DNA of 64,000 bases from an uncultured Prochlorococcus sp. Lineage in GTDB: Bacteria; Cyanobacteriota; Cyanobacteriia; PCC-6307; Cyanobiaceae. The DNA lies in NCBI GenBank assembly GCA_902606505.1, contig CACLGU010000003.1:2292-66291 (forward strand), written 5' to 3'. The position numbers and the translations under genes are program-made. Below the pieces are notes generated by a model, which was given only the letters and a program-made list of their open reading frames with translations, ran no database searches and was not told the origin of the DNA. Below, piece by piece: positions 1-11,480 of this stretch; position 1 is the stretch's first letter, and every line of letters starts with the position of its first letter.

Positions 1-188
1 TTAGCATTCATAAAATAACTTCATCAAAGCAGGAAGGTATCTTATTGGAAATTATTAGGGAATATCGAGCAAAAACAAATAGCTTAAAGGCTGCCAAAAT
101 AATTGAAAATTGGTCTTATTACAAGAGTACTTTCAAATTAATAGTTCCCCCAAGCGAAGAAGAAATGCTTGGCATAAAGAAAACGTAA
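1..188 (+). CDS. glsF: Ferredoxin-dependent glutamate synthase, C-terminal end (5' partial)
   Basis: Frame from nt 3 reads SIHKITSSKQEGILLEIIREYRAKTNSLKAAKIIENWSYYKSTFKLIVPPSEEEMLGIKKT*, typical of the Fd-GOGAT C-terminus (..VPPSE). Not in the ORF track. Confidence 0.85.
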   Translation, partial: SIHKITSSKQEGILLEIIREYRAKTNSLKAAKIIENWSYYKSTFKLIVPPSEEEMLGIKKT

Positions 189-482
189 ATGCCTTTCTTT
201 ATAAAAACTGAAATCATAAAAAAAGAATACTTAATTAATCATGATTTAAAACAAAAAATAATTAACGAACATATTGATTGGATAAAAAAATTAAAAAAAG
301 AGGGAATTAATATAAAAAGTGGCTTTTTAGTAGATGAGTTAAAGAAGCCAGGTGACGGCGGATTACTCATTCTTGAGATGAATAATTATAAAAATGCACT
401 AAAAATCATTAAGAATGATCCAATGATTAAAAATGATCTAGTTGAATGGAAATTAAATGAGTGGATAGATTCAAATAAATAA
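189..482 (+). CDS. YciI family protein
   Basis: 97 aa with H-x-x-W, SG and GGLLI motifs and a C-terminal DPM. Confidence 0.8.
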   Translation: MPFFIKTEIIKKEYLINHDLKQKIINEHIDWIKKLKKEGINIKSGFLVDELKKPGDGGLLILEMNNYKNALKIIKNDPMIKNDLVEWKLNEWIDSNK

Positions 483-488
483 AAATGA

Positions 489-1382
489 TTATCTCGGATA
501 CTTTTTCATAAGTTTTTGAATTTCTTCAGCATGGTAACTGCTACGAGTTAAAGGAGAACTAACTACTTGCATAAAGTCCAAATCTTTTTCCCCGAAAACT
601 TTATAATAATTAAATTTTGAGGGACTCACAAATCTTTGAACAGGTAAATGATTTGGGCCAGGAGATAAGTATTGGCCAATAGTAACAATATCAACGAAAT
701 TACTTTTTAAATCCCTAAGAAGACTTAAGACCTCCTCATCTTTTTCCCCTAAACCAATCATAAAACCTGACTTTGTATAAACTTTGGGAGAATATTCTCT
801 GGTCCTTTTAAGCAACTCAAGAGTTCTCTCATATTTACCCTGAGGTCTTACTTTTTTATATAGCGAAGGCACAGTCTCAATATTATGGTTTAAAACATTT
901 GGATTTGAATCAAGAACTTTTTCAAGCGCTTTCCAGTTGCCACAAAGATCAGGTATTAAAAGCTCAATAGTAGTTTCAGGCGATTTTTTTCTTACTTGAT
1001 AAACACATTCAAAAAATTGTGATGCACCACCATCCTCAAGATCGTCTCTATTAACTGATGTGATTACAACATGTTTAAGTTGCATTCTATAAACAGCTTC
1101 GGCTAAACGATATGGTTCTGTTGGATCTAATTCTCTTTTAGATCTATCAAAATCAATATCGCAATATGGACATGCCCTAGTACAGCCAGGACCCATTATA
1201 AGGAAAGTGGCAGTGCCACTTGCAAAACATTCACCAATATTTGGACAACTTGCCTCTTGACATACAGTATTGAGATTTAAATCACTTAACAAATTTGCAG
1301 TATTCCCAATCCTCTCAACTTGTGGAGCTTTTACTCTTAACCAATCTGGTTTTGAAATTAAACTATTGGAATTATTAGTCAA
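489..1382 (-). CDS. lipA: Lipoyl synthase
   Basis: [19 protein letters not shown], radical-SAM [14 protein letters not shown]. Confidence 0.97.
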   Translation of the reverse strand: MTNNSNSLISKPDWLRVKAPQVERIGNTANLLSDLNLNTVCQEASCPNIGECFASGTATFLIMGPGCTRACPYCDIDFDRSKRELDPTEPYRLAEAVYRMQLKHVVITSVNRDDLEDGGASQFFECVYQVRKKSPETTIELLIPDLCGNWKALEKVLDSNPNVLNHNIETVPSLYKKVRPQGKYERTLELLKRTREYSPKVYTKSGFMIGLGEKDEEVLSLLRDLKSNFVDIVTIGQYLSPGPNHLPVQRFVSPSKFNYYKVFGEKDLDFMQVVSSPLTRSSYHAEEIQKLMKKYPR

Positions 1383-1725
1383 ATTAATTTTTTATAGCCT
1401 GTATTCTTATTTTACTAAAAACATTTTGAATTAACTATCAAAAATTTCAAAAATGAAGACTACTCAATAGAAGTAAAAAAATAAATGAAATTAATTAATC
1501 CGTCGAAAATTTGAAAGATCCTTATTCAAATTAATAGTTACACTATATTTTTGTTTCATCAACTATAACTATAACAGATTATAGAACGTTATTTTTAATA
1601 CAGATATCAATACAACTTTTTATGCACTTTTTGGATAGATCTTCAGTGTTTTTCGTAATTTTTTGTACTAAAAAGTGTTTTTTTATTTATTTATTGGTAC
1701 AGTAAAAAATATATGTAATAAAACA

Positions 1726-2349
1726 TTGACTTTTAAATTTAAAAGAAAGCGTATTTTACTATCTGAAAAAAATAAAAAATATAAAGCAATAGGTTATGCT
1801 AGAGCTACTAACAATGAATATGAATATTTAGAAGAGCAAATAAAAATTTTAAAGGAAGAGGGTTGCAGTTTAGTTTTCTCTGAATTAATAAGTTTAGATG
1901 AAGAAATCAAACCCCAACTCAATAAAGCTATAAATTGCTTGTCAAAAGGCGATCAATTAATAATAACTCAGCTTGATCGAGCGTTTAAAAATAAAAAAGA
2001 ATGTTTGAGGACAATAAATAAACTTATTAATAAGGATATTAAATTGCGAACTTTGACTGGTTTTTTTGCGGCAAATGAATCAACTAAAACAAATTCTTCA
2101 ATTTTTCAGATTTTATATGAATTAGATAATTTAGAAGAGAAAAGTTTAGGTGAAAGAAAAAAAGAACAACTAATACGCAGAAAATTATCTGGAAATAATC
2201 TTGGAGGAAGGCCCAAAATAAGTCCTTTAAAAGAATCTTTAGTAATCAGATTACGTAATGAGGGATATTCATATCGATCAATCAGATCACAAACGGGAAT
2301 TGCATTATCAACAATAAGAAGAGTTATTTTGGAAGGAGAATTAACATAA
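1726..2349 (+). CDS. Resolvase/invertase-family serine recombinase homolog with C-terminal HTH (catalytic Ser appears replaced by Thr)
   Basis: GYARAT, RPQL-like KPQL, GD..I..LDR, GGRP hinge and HTH. ORF track starts at 1675; in-frame TTG at 1726 preferred. Confidence 0.85.
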   Translation: MTFKFKRKRILLSEKNKKYKAIGYARATNNEYEYLEEQIKILKEEGCSLVFSELISLDEEIKPQLNKAINCLSKGDQLIITQLDRAFKNKKECLRTINKLINKDIKLRTLTGFFAANESTKTNSSIFQILYELDNLEEKSLGERKKEQLIRRKLSGNNLGGRPKISPLKESLVIRLRNEGYSYRSIRSQTGIALSTIRRVILEGELT

Positions 2350-2350
2350 A

Positions 2351-2557
2351 ATGAGGAAGAAAGAAATTGAAAATTTAATTAAAGAAAATTTTAAAGATAC
2401 AGCATTACGTATTTATGAATTAGATAATGAAGATAGAAAAAGTTTGTTAGCAGAATATAGAGAATGGATTATGAATGATTTAGATTCTGAAGAGGTAATG
2501 ATGTTACCTTATGAAGCCTATACTGATAAATTAGACTCTAATTACTTAGACGATTAA
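2351..2557 (+). CDS. Small acidic hypothetical protein
   Basis: 68-aa ATG ORF 1 nt after the recombinase stop codon. Confidence 0.65.
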   Translation: MRKKEIENLIKENFKDTALRIYELDNEDRKSLLAEYREWIMNDLDSEEVMMLPYEAYTDKLDSNYLDD

Positions 2558-2559
2558 AT

Positions 2560-3471
2560 TTAGTCCTTAATAGTATAATGTCTCTTATTAAATTCATATA
2601 CTTCTTTGGCTATAAATGGTAAGAAGGAAGTATCTTTAGAATATTTTTCTCCATTACAAAAAACAACTAATAAAGTTTGTAAGCATTGACTATTAGTCCA
2701 CCAAGCTGAATCGTGTCTAACTTCAGACATTAAGCCTGCTTTACTCCAGAGATTAATACTTTCTGGTAATCCTTCACCCAAAAAACCATCTATTTGATTA
2801 AGAGAATCCTTTTTAAGAACAACTTTATTTAAATTTCTTTTTAAAAAACTTCGTAAATTTAAGTCATATTTTTGATAATCAATATGAATCATGATTTCCT
2901 CCAAAACCCTTGCAACTGAATCAGAATTCATAGAGTTTCTATTTTTATTATCATGTCCATAAAATTCTTTTTCACGACCAAATGGTCCATCATCCCAAGT
3001 CTTCTGGCAGCAATTTATACCACTCAATTCCTCCCAATGTAAATCATGTAGCCAATCGTTTATGATACTTCTTTGATGTTTCCAATTTTCCCACGATTCC
3101 CCTTCAATACAAGGTCCACTTGTAGTTCCGGTAAGTAAATCAATTAAGAAGCTTGTTGCATTATTACTTGAGAAAGACAACATTTTCCTTACAGCATCAA
3201 CAAGTTCTTCTGATAATAATAAACTTCCTTTTTTAATCCAATAAAATGCAGCAAGACCATATACCAACTTGACTATGCTGGCAGGATAAACCATTTTTTT
3301 ATTATTAATACCAGTTCCAGACCCTTTATATACACAATTATTTTCACTTTTATAATTAATCCAAGTTATGGCAATATCTTCTCTTGAAAAATCTTTATTA
3401 TGAGAACATACTTTCCCTAAAATATCATTTAGGGCTAGACCCATCTCTTTACTTAAATAGTAAAAGGACAT
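2560..3471 (-). CDS. Class A beta-lactamase-like serine hydrolase
   Basis: YPASIVK (SxxK), SSN (SxN), KAG, RHD. Confidence 0.85.
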   Translation of the reverse strand: MSFYYLSKEMGLALNDILGKVCSHNKDFSREDIAITWINYKSENNCVYKGSGTGINNKKMVYPASIVKLVYGLAAFYWIKKGSLLLSEELVDAVRKMLSFSSNNATSFLIDLLTGTTSGPCIEGESWENWKHQRSIINDWLHDLHWEELSGINCCQKTWDDGPFGREKEFYGHDNKNRNSMNSDSVARVLEEIMIHIDYQKYDLNLRSFLKRNLNKVVLKKDSLNQIDGFLGEGLPESINLWSKAGLMSEVRHDSAWWTNSQCLQTLLVVFCNGEKYSKDTSFLPFIAKEVYEFNKRHYTIKD

Positions 3472-3474
3472 TGT

Positions 3475-4233
3475 ATGGAAAATTATGAAAATCCTATTTC
3501 ACTATTTAAACAAACTAATTTTTCAAAAACTATTTGGTGGAAATTAAAAGTTAATATTTCTGGATATCAAAATGAAACAGAAGATAAATTAGTGACTGAA
3601 ATATTTAAAAATAGAACTTTTAGGCTAATTTATCCAAATATTTATGAACATAACCGCAAATTTTCAAGAATTCTTATTCAGCTATACGAAGATGGCTATG
3701 TCTGTTGGATAAATTTAGATGGATTGGTTATTGATAAATGCGAATTAAGGAAAAATGAGAATTCAAAAAATGAACATTTCTTAGTCAAAGATAAAGTTCC
3801 CTCAATTTTAAAATGGATTAGGGACCAAGCTGAGTTAAATAATAAATACCTTTGGGGAGGCACATTAGGACCCAATTTTGATTGTTCCGGATTAATTCAG
3901 ACTGCTTTTTTAAAGCATCGTATTCATATACCTCGAGACTCATATCAAATAAAAAGTTTTTGTAAACATCTTTTTTATTTCAAAGAGTCTTATGCTTCTT
4001 TAAGACCTGGTGATCTTTTATTTTTTGGAAATGAAGAAAAATGTGATCATATTGGAATCTACAAAGGAGACGGTTTGTATTACCATTCCTCTGGAAAGAA
4101 TTTTGGGAGAAATGGAATAGGATTAGATACCCTAAAACAGTCTAATGATAAAATCTCATTGCATTATAAATCGAAATTGATTTCTGCAGGTAGAGTTTTT
4201 AGAAACTATAGATGGGACAGAACCATACGTTAG
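3475..4233 (+). CDS. NlpC/P60 (C40) peptidase
   Basis: YLWGG..FDCSGL, PRDS..Q, PGDLLFF, HIGIY. Confidence 0.92.
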   Translation: MENYENPISLFKQTNFSKTIWWKLKVNISGYQNETEDKLVTEIFKNRTFRLIYPNIYEHNRKFSRILIQLYEDGYVCWINLDGLVIDKCELRKNENSKNEHFLVKDKVPSILKWIRDQAELNNKYLWGGTLGPNFDCSGLIQTAFLKHRIHIPRDSYQIKSFCKHLFYFKESYASLRPGDLLFFGNEEKCDHIGIYKGDGLYYHSSGKNFGRNGIGLDTLKQSNDKISLHYKSKLISAGRVFRNYRWDRTIR

Positions 4234-4291
4234 TAAGTAGAACTCACCTTTTAATTTAAATTTAAAATATTGCGTATTATTTTTTTAGGAA

Positions 4292-4891
4292 TTAACCAGC
4301 AGTCCAAATATTTTTAATGATTGGCATTATGGTATCTAAGTGTAATGTACCAACAAGTAGCCAAGCAAAAACAGCTCCACCACATCCACCTAACCAAAAT
4401 CCACTTGTGAAATCAGCCCAACCAGCTCTTGTAAATAAGTCCTTTGGTGGATTATTAACAGTCGCATCTGGAGGTTGAACATTAGGAGCTTTCCCAGGTG
4501 CATTGTATAGAACAAAAAGTGCTGTCAAAATGTGAACAGCTCCAATAGTAGCGAGAAGTCCAGCTGTTAGAGCAAATTCAGAATTTCTTAATGGGCCAGT
4601 CATTGAAAAAGGTCCGTATAGAAGATATCCAAAAGCAGCTCCAGTTTCTAAACCTCTAAAATTAGGGGAAATACCTTCTCTATAAAAAGGCAAATTATTT
4701 ATGAAGGCTTTTGTAAAATAACCACTATTAACTGGGGTAGCTAAATTACCAACACAAGGATCAGCAACTGTTTTAACTGCCCATTGTTCTGCTACGCCAA
4801 TATCATTTGGTTGTACAGAAGTATCTATATATTTCTCATCAAACTTAATAGAACTTGTTGATTCTGAGAATGATTTTTGAAAGTCGCTCAT
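4292..4891 (-). CDS. psaL: Photosystem I subunit XI
   Basis: [39 protein letters not shown]. Confidence 0.95.
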   Translation of the reverse strand: MSDFQKSFSESTSSIKFDEKYIDTSVQPNDIGVAEQWAVKTVADPCVGNLATPVNSGYFTKAFINNLPFYREGISPNFRGLETGAAFGYLLYGPFSMTGPLRNSEFALTAGLLATIGAVHILTALFVLYNAPGKAPNVQPPDATVNNPPKDLFTRAGWADFTSGFWLGGCGGAVFAWLLVGTLHLDTIMPIIKNIWTAG

Positions 4892-4918
4892 TTTTTTAAT
4901 AGTTTAGTGTTTGATAAT

Positions 4919-5032
4919 TTATTCAGTTGCTGTAATTAATCTTCCAATCAATACGATAAAAACAGCAGGCATTGCTATACCAATTAATGGAACAAAAATT
5001 GAAGGTAAAAGACTTGGTAAATCAGATGGCAT
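4919..5032 (-). CDS. psaI: Photosystem I subunit VIII (37 aa; not in ORF track)
   Basis: MPSDLPSLLPSIFVPLIGIAMPAVFIVLIGRLITATE*, directly upstream of psaL. Confidence 0.93.
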   Translation of the reverse strand: MPSDLPSLLPSIFVPLIGIAMPAVFIVLIGRLITATE

Positions 5033-5124
5033 AGTTCTTTAAACATCTTTAAACACTTTAGTATTTATCTGCGAAATAGTGTTAATTTTACAACTGGATG
5101 ATATAAAAATTATTAACTTTTTAC

Positions 5125-5517
5125 ATGTTAAATTTTTTTGCAATTGTACTTATTATTTTTATAGTAATATTACTTCTAATTTTTAAAAAAAGAAGCTTTA
5201 AAAATTTACTAAATAGTGGCAAATTAGATTCTATTAAATTAAAAAAACACAGAAAAAATAATAATCAATTTGTTTCTAATAAAAAAAGTGTTTTATACAA
5301 ACACGAAGAAAAAAAGCACTCAGTATTTTATAAGAATTCTCAAAGAAGTAAAATGTCTAGTCTTTTTCAAGGAAATACAGAAGACAAATTAAAAGCATTA
5401 AAAATTGCGGAAGAATTGGCTGATAAATCAACATTATCAATTTTAAGAATAGGATTGAGAGATATGTCTCCTGAAGTGGTTGAAATTTCAGCTTTATTAA
5501 TCAGAAGATTCAAGTAA
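5125..5517 (+). CDS. Membrane-anchored hypothetical protein with HEAT-like C-terminus
   Basis: N-terminal hydrophobic helix; LRIGLRDMSPEVVEISA. Confidence 0.6.
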   Translation: MLNFFAIVLIIFIVILLLIFKKRSFKNLLNSGKLDSIKLKKHRKNNNQFVSNKKSVLYKHEEKKHSVFYKNSQRSKMSSLFQGNTEDKLKALKIAEELADKSTLSILRIGLRDMSPEVVEISALLIRRFK

Positions 5518-5520
5518 AAT

Positions 5521-6483
5521 TCAATTTCGTTCGGCACTACTTATTGACCTAATTCTATAAATTGGACGACTTTGACTTTCATGATAAGTCCTAATTAAAA
5601 GTTCACTCAATAATCCAAAGCTAAATAATTGAACCCCAGCAATTCCTAATATTAATGCAAACATTAGCAGCGGACGATTTCCAATATCCTCACCCATTAT
5701 TTTTAAAACTATTAAATAAGAACTCATTGCTAGGCTAATGAAAATACTTATAATTCCAACAAAACCAAATCCATACATTGGTCTTGTTAAAAATTTAGTC
5801 ATAAACCAAACAGTTAGTAAATCCATTAAAACTCTAAAAGTTCTATCGATTCCATATTTACTAGATCCATATTGCCTGCTTCTATGATTGACTTTAATTT
5901 CTTTGATTTTTGCACCTTCAATATTTGCTAAAACGGGCAGAAACCTGTGAAGTTCACCATACAACTTAATATCATTTATTATTTCTTTCTTAAAAGCTTT
6001 TAATGAACATCCATAGTCATGCAATTTCAACCCTGTTACGTGAGCTATTAATTTATTCGCTATTTTTGATGGTATTTTTCTATTAATTAATTTATCTTTT
6101 CTATCAAACCTCCACCCACAAATCAAATCATAGCCATTATTAATTTCAGAAATTAATTTAGGAATATCATTTGGATCATTCTGTAGATCACCATCCAAAG
6201 TAATGACAATATCGCCTTTAGAATTATCAAAACCAGCTGACATTGCTGCAGTTTGACCATAATTTTTGCGAAGAGAAATTACTGACAATTCTTTAATTTT
6301 GAGAGAAAATTGTTTTAATACTTGATGAGTATCATCTTTAGAACCATCATTTACAACAATCAATTCAAAATTAAATTTATGAAATGACATTACATTTATA
6401 ACTTCATTCAATAAAAAACCAATACTCTCACTTTCATTGAAAACAGGGATAATAATAGAAATTAATTTTTTTATATCTGACAT
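5521..6483 (-). CDS. Glycosyltransferase family 2 (DPM/ArnC-like)
   Basis: SIIIPVFNE, VNDGSKD, NYGQTAA, DGDLQNDP, C-terminal TM helices. Confidence 0.92.
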   Translation of the reverse strand: MSDIKKLISIIIPVFNESESIGFLLNEVINVMSFHKFNFELIVVNDGSKDDTHQVLKQFSLKIKELSVISLRKNYGQTAAMSAGFDNSKGDIVITLDGDLQNDPNDIPKLISEINNGYDLICGWRFDRKDKLINRKIPSKIANKLIAHVTGLKLHDYGCSLKAFKKEIINDIKLYGELHRFLPVLANIEGAKIKEIKVNHRSRQYGSSKYGIDRTFRVLMDLLTVWFMTKFLTRPMYGFGFVGIISIFISLAMSSYLIVLKIMGEDIGNRPLLMFALILGIAGVQLFSFGLLSELLIRTYHESQSRPIYRIRSISSAERN

Positions 6484-6539
6484 TTATATTTGATAATATT
6501 TATATAATTTTAACTTAATTTAGAACATTAAAATTAAAC

Positions 6540-6568
6540 AAAAAAAATCACCACAAATGTGGTGATTT
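6540..6568 (-). terminator. Rho-independent terminator of psaAB
   Basis: Inverted repeat AAATCACCACA/TGTGGTGATTT ending in a U-run on the minus strand, 18 nt after the psaB stop. Confidence 0.8.
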
Positions 6569-6586
6569 AAATTATTTAAGAAAAAT

Positions 6587-8815
6587 TTAACCAAACTTAC
6601 CTGAAGTTGATGCAATAAGGAATGCACCGAATGTAAGAATGTTTCCAATCGTGAAATGTGCCAGTCCAACTAATCTAGCTTGGACAATTGAAAGTGCAAC
6701 TGGCTTATCTCTCCATCCAACAAGATTAGCTATTGGAGTACGCTGATGTGCCCAAACCAATGTTTCAATTAATTCTTGCCAGTAACCACGCCATGATATT
6801 AGGAACATAAAACCAGTAGCCCAAACTAAGTGCCCGAATAGGAACATCCAGGCCCAAGGAGATAAAGAGTTAACTCCGAATGGATTATATCCGTTAATAA
6901 GTTGCGCAGAGTTTAGCCATAGATAATCTCTGAACCAACCCATTAGATAAGTTCCTGATTCATTAAATTGCGCAACATTACCCTGCCATATTGCTAGGTG
7001 TTTCCAATGCCAGTAAAAAGTTACCCATGCTATTAAATTTAATGCCCAGAACATAGCTAAGTACATGGCGTCCCAAGATGAACTATCACAAGTACCTCCA
7101 CGTCCGGGGCCATCGCAAGGGAATGCATATCCTAAATCTTTCTTATCAGGAATTAATTTTGTTCCTCTGGCATCAAGTGCACCTTTGATAAGGATTAAAG
7201 CAGTTGTATGAAGACCTAAAGCGATAGCATGGTGGACTAAGAAATCTGCAGGACCGATAGGTAAGAAAGCACTTAGTGCATCTTGTCTATTGATGAGGTC
7301 CATCCAGTAATGATTACCTGGTAATGAATTAGCAGCGAGACTTGCTGAACTTGTAGGATCAGATAATAAAGCGTTAAAGCCGTACATCATCTTACCTTGA
7401 GCAGCTTGCACAAATTGAGCAAATACTGGCTCAATTAAAATTTGCTTTTCAGGATTACCAAAAGCTACAACAACGTCGTTATGAACATAAATTCCAAGAG
7501 TGTGGAATCCTAGCAACATTGTTACCCAGCTAAGGTGACTTATCAAAGCTTCCTTTGTTCCAAGAACTCTTGCTAATACATTATCTTTATTTAATTCGGG
7601 ATCATAATCTCTTACAAAGAAAATAGCTCCGTGTGCAAATGCACCAACCATCAAGAACATTGCTATGTACTGATGATGACTATATAAAGCAGATTGTGTA
7701 GTGTAGTCCCTGGCAATAAAAGCGTAAGAAGGAAGTGCACCCATATGTTGAGCTACAAGAGAAGTTGCCACACCAAGTGATGCTAATGCTAGTCCAAGTT
7801 GGAAATGTAATGAATTATTTACAGTTTCGTAAATTCCATCATGATTAATTCCGAAACTACCTTTATGGGGATCATTAGGGTGTCTTGTATTATGAGCTTC
7901 TGTAATTTCTTTGAGGCTATGACCAATACCAAAAGTATTTCTATACATATGACCAGCAATTACAAAAACTGTTCCAATCGCAATATGGTGATGCGCAATA
8001 TCTGTAAGCCATAATGCTTCACTTTGAGGATGTAGACCACCTAAGAAAGTAAAGATTGCTGTTCCAGCTCCCTCAGCTGTTCCAAATACTTGGTCTAGAG
8101 AATCAGGATTTTGAGCATATGCCCCCCAGTTTAAAGTAAAGAAAGGAGCTAATCCTGCAGGGTGTGGAAGGACTGTTAACCAATTATCCCAACCTACATG
8201 CTGTCCTCTTGATTCAGGTATAGCAACATGAACTAAATGACCTGTCCAAGCGATACTACTAAAACCAAATAATACTGCTAAGTGATGATTTAATCTTGAC
8301 TCTGCATTTTTAAACCAAGCTAAAGAAGGTCTGAATTTTGGCTGTAAATGTAACCAACCTGCAAATAGAGTCCAACAAGCCAAAATACTCATGAATATTG
8401 AAGCTTGGAACAGTTGCTCATTAGTTCTCATTCCAATTGTGTACCACCAATGATAGAGACCTGAGTAAGCTATGTTTACTGGACCACTAGCTCCAGCTTG
8501 TGTCATTGCTTCTGTGATACCAGATCCAAAATGAGGATCCCAAATAGCATGAGCAATAGGACGAACGTGGGTTGGATCAAGTACAAATTGCTCAAAGTTA
8601 CCTTGCCAAGCAATATGAAATAAATTACCAGCTACCCAGAGAGCGATTATTGCTAGATGACCAAAATGTGTAGAGAAAAGCTTCTGATAAAGCTTTTCTT
8701 CGGTCATACCATCATGACTTTCAAAGTCGTGGGCAGTAGCTATTCCGTACCATATTCGTCGGGTTGTAGGGTCCTGAGCTAGACCCTGGTTAAATGATGG
8801 AAATTTTGTTGCCAT
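6587..8815 (-). CDS. psaB: Photosystem I P700 apoprotein A2
   Basis: [20 protein letters not shown]; FX motif [12 protein letters not shown]. Confidence 0.99.
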   Translation of the reverse strand: MATKFPSFNQGLAQDPTTRRIWYGIATAHDFESHDGMTEEKLYQKLFSTHFGHLAIIALWVAGNLFHIAWQGNFEQFVLDPTHVRPIAHAIWDPHFGSGITEAMTQAGASGPVNIAYSGLYHWWYTIGMRTNEQLFQASIFMSILACWTLFAGWLHLQPKFRPSLAWFKNAESRLNHHLAVLFGFSSIAWTGHLVHVAIPESRGQHVGWDNWLTVLPHPAGLAPFFTLNWGAYAQNPDSLDQVFGTAEGAGTAIFTFLGGLHPQSEALWLTDIAHHHIAIGTVFVIAGHMYRNTFGIGHSLKEITEAHNTRHPNDPHKGSFGINHDGIYETVNNSLHFQLGLALASLGVATSLVAQHMGALPSYAFIARDYTTQSALYSHHQYIAMFLMVGAFAHGAIFFVRDYDPELNKDNVLARVLGTKEALISHLSWVTMLLGFHTLGIYVHNDVVVAFGNPEKQILIEPVFAQFVQAAQGKMMYGFNALLSDPTSSASLAANSLPGNHYWMDLINRQDALSAFLPIGPADFLVHHAIALGLHTTALILIKGALDARGTKLIPDKKDLGYAFPCDGPGRGGTCDSSSWDAMYLAMFWALNLIAWVTFYWHWKHLAIWQGNVAQFNESGTYLMGWFRDYLWLNSAQLINGYNPFGVNSLSPWAWMFLFGHLVWATGFMFLISWRGYWQELIETLVWAHQRTPIANLVGWRDKPVALSIVQARLVGLAHFTIGNILTFGAFLIASTSGKFG

Positions 8816-8842
8816 TGTATTAAAAAGGTGAAGTTCAGGTAA

Positions 8843-11146
8843 TTAGCCCAGGCCGAAAAGGCGAGCGTGGAAGAAGGCCCAAGTAGTCGCGATACCGCCT
8901 ACTAAGAAGTGAGTAACGCCAACTGCGCGACCTTGAGTAATTGATAGTGCTCTTGGTTGAATTGTTGGAGCAACTTTAAGTTTGTTATGAGCCCAAACAA
9001 TTGACTCAAAAAGCTCTTGCCAGTAACCTCTTCCGCTGAATAAAAACATTAAGCTAAATGCCCAGATAAAGTGTGCCCCTAAGAACATCAAACCATACAT
9101 ACTTATAGCTGAACCATAACTGGTCAAAACCTGAGAAGATTGCGCCCAAAGGAAATCTCTTAACCAGCCATTAATAGTAATTGCGCTTTGAGTGAAGTTA
9201 CCTCCAGTTAGTCCCCAAACATCACTTTGCATCTTCCAAGAAAAATGGAAAATAACAATTGATAAGCAGTTATACATCCAGAAGAGTGCTAAGAAAACAT
9301 GATCCCAAGAAGAAACTTGACATGTGCCTCCTCTACCAGGACCATCACATGGAAATCTAAATCCTAATGATGCTTTATCAGGTATCAATCTTGAGCTTCT
9401 GGCATAAAGAACACCTTTGAGAAGAATTAAAACTGTTACGTGTATTTGGAATGCATGGATATGATGAATCATCAAGTCAGCAGTTCCTAAGGGGATTGGA
9501 GCGATAGCAACCTTTCCACCTACTTCAACTAAACTTCCATTAAATACTTCACTTATAGCTTTATGAGGTAAAGCTTCTGCTGTACCAGCTAATATAGAAG
9601 TACCAACGGCTGAAGCTTGAATGCTTTGAACCCATTGAGCAAATATTGGTTGAAGTTGAATTGCAGAATCACTAAACATATCTTGAGGTCTACCTAAAGC
9701 CCTCATTGTGTCGTTATGAATATAGAGTCCAAAGCTATGGAATCCTAACCACATGCATACCCAGTTTAAGTGACTGATTAAGGCATCTCTTGCTTTAAGA
9801 ATTCTGTCTAATACATTATCAATATGTTTTGCTGGATCGTAATCTCTAACCATTGCAATTCCAGCATGAGCACCTGCACCTACTATGAATAGGCCACCTA
9901 TCCACATGTGATGGGTAAACAACCCAAGAACTGTCATGTAGTCAGTAGCTATATATGGATATGGTGGCATCGCGTACATATGATGAGATACGAGAATGCT
10001 TATTGATCCAAGCATCGCAAGGTTTACTGATAGCTGCGCATGTCTACTTTCAGCCATGAACTCAAAAAGACCTTGGTGACCTTTAGGAGCAGGAAATAAT
10101 ATTGGGTCTCCTTGTTGTGAATCTAATATTTCTTTCATGCTATGACCAATACCATAGTTGGTTCTATACATATGACCGCCAATTATTGCTATAACACCAA
10201 AAGCTAAATGATGATGAGAAACATCAGTCATCCATAAGCTTCCTGTCACAGGGTTCAATCCACCTTTAAAGGTAAGAAAGTCTGAGAAAGCTAACCAATT
10301 TAAACTGAAGAAATTACCTGTACCACTTGCTAATCCTGGAAATATCTGACCGATAATCTGCGGATCGCAGAGTTGATGAGGCATTGGCATATCTGCAATA
10401 GTTGCTATTTCCTTCCCATTGATAACTAGAGGAGAACCTGCATCAATTGCATCTAAAAGAGCAGCTGTAGGAGCTCCAATATGAATACAATGTCCTGCCC
10501 AGGCTAAGGATCCTAGACCTACTAAACCAGCAATATGATGGTTAAGCATAGACTCAATATCTTGAAACCACTCCATTTTTGGAGCTGCCTTGTGATAGTG
10601 AAAAATTCCTGCATGAAGCATAAGTGCCGCCATTACTACAGCACCTATAGCTAAAGCCATTAACTCAGTTTCGTTAGTTATTCCCCATGCTCGCCACATG
10701 TGAAATATTCCTGAACTGATTTGAATGCCGTTGTAGTTAGCACCAAGATCAGCATTAAGCATTTCTTGACCCACAACAGCCCATACTTGTTGAGCTCCGG
10801 GTTTAACATGAGTTGGATCTGCTAACCAACCTGAATAATTAGAAAATCTAGCTCCATGGAAAAATGCAGCACTCATCCATATGAAAATAACTGCAAGGTG
10901 TCCAAAATGAGCTGAAAAGATTTTTCTTGTTGCTTCTTCAGCATCGCCTGTATGCACATCGAAATCATGTGCATCAGCATGCAAATTCCAGATCCAAGTT
11001 GTAGTTTTTGGACCTTTAGATAATTTAGTTGACCAGAAACCTGGCTTATCTAATTTGGCAAAATCAATAGGTCTTGGATCGGCCTTGACAGGATCTTCCA
11101 AAACTTTTTTGTTTTTTTCTCCACTTTCTGGTGGGCTGATGGTCAT
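8843..11146 (-). CDS. psaA: Photosystem I P700 apoprotein A1
   Basis: [35 protein letters not shown]. Confidence 0.99.
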   Translation of the reverse strand: MTISPPESGEKNKKVLEDPVKADPRPIDFAKLDKPGFWSTKLSKGPKTTTWIWNLHADAHDFDVHTGDAEEATRKIFSAHFGHLAVIFIWMSAAFFHGARFSNYSGWLADPTHVKPGAQQVWAVVGQEMLNADLGANYNGIQISSGIFHMWRAWGITNETELMALAIGAVVMAALMLHAGIFHYHKAAPKMEWFQDIESMLNHHIAGLVGLGSLAWAGHCIHIGAPTAALLDAIDAGSPLVINGKEIATIADMPMPHQLCDPQIIGQIFPGLASGTGNFFSLNWLAFSDFLTFKGGLNPVTGSLWMTDVSHHHLAFGVIAIIGGHMYRTNYGIGHSMKEILDSQQGDPILFPAPKGHQGLFEFMAESRHAQLSVNLAMLGSISILVSHHMYAMPPYPYIATDYMTVLGLFTHHMWIGGLFIVGAGAHAGIAMVRDYDPAKHIDNVLDRILKARDALISHLNWVCMWLGFHSFGLYIHNDTMRALGRPQDMFSDSAIQLQPIFAQWVQSIQASAVGTSILAGTAEALPHKAISEVFNGSLVEVGGKVAIAPIPLGTADLMIHHIHAFQIHVTVLILLKGVLYARSSRLIPDKASLGFRFPCDGPGRGGTCQVSSWDHVFLALFWMYNCLSIVIFHFSWKMQSDVWGLTGGNFTQSAITINGWLRDFLWAQSSQVLTSYGSAISMYGLMFLGAHFIWAFSLMFLFSGRGYWQELFESIVWAHNKLKVAPTIQPRALSITQGRAVGVTHFLVGGIATTWAFFHARLFGLG

Positions 11147-11189
11147 CTAGCACCTCGAAAATAATTGACATTAAAGCCGATTAATCGGA

Positions 11190-11222
11190 TCTTGAACCTA
11201 TTTTTAATAATAATGTTCAAGA
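11190..11222 (-). promoter_or_regulatory. Inverted repeat in the psaA leader
   Basis: TCTTGAAC-17 nt-GTTCAAGA, 44-76 nt upstream of the psaA ATG; function inferred. Confidence 0.4.
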
Positions 11223-11480
11223 AAACGAAAACTTCGGAACTTTAGATATTCGTTTCAAAAATAATAAGGCAAAGATTCTTTCGTTATGCATTAACGTAAC
11301 AAATGTTCTAATGATTGTTACTATATGAATATTTTGTTAAATTCCAGTCTATGACTAAATTATAAGTATTTTTACTCAAATTTTATATAAATTTCTTAAA
11401 TTTTTTTTTATATTTCAAAGAAAATTTTTTAAATCCAGCGACAGGATATAATTTCAAAGTTACTATCAATAGTTTCTAAT

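Noticed and set aside
1726-2349. This recombinase as the enzyme mobilising the tRNA islands
   Set aside because: It is a small resolvase type with an altered nucleophile, 12 kb away; the core-plus-arm layout points to a tyrosine integrase.
11280-11340. RpaB/HLR1 sites upstream of psaA (also psaD and psaI)
   Set aside because: TTAC-like half-sites are present, but I could not place a correctly spaced pair.
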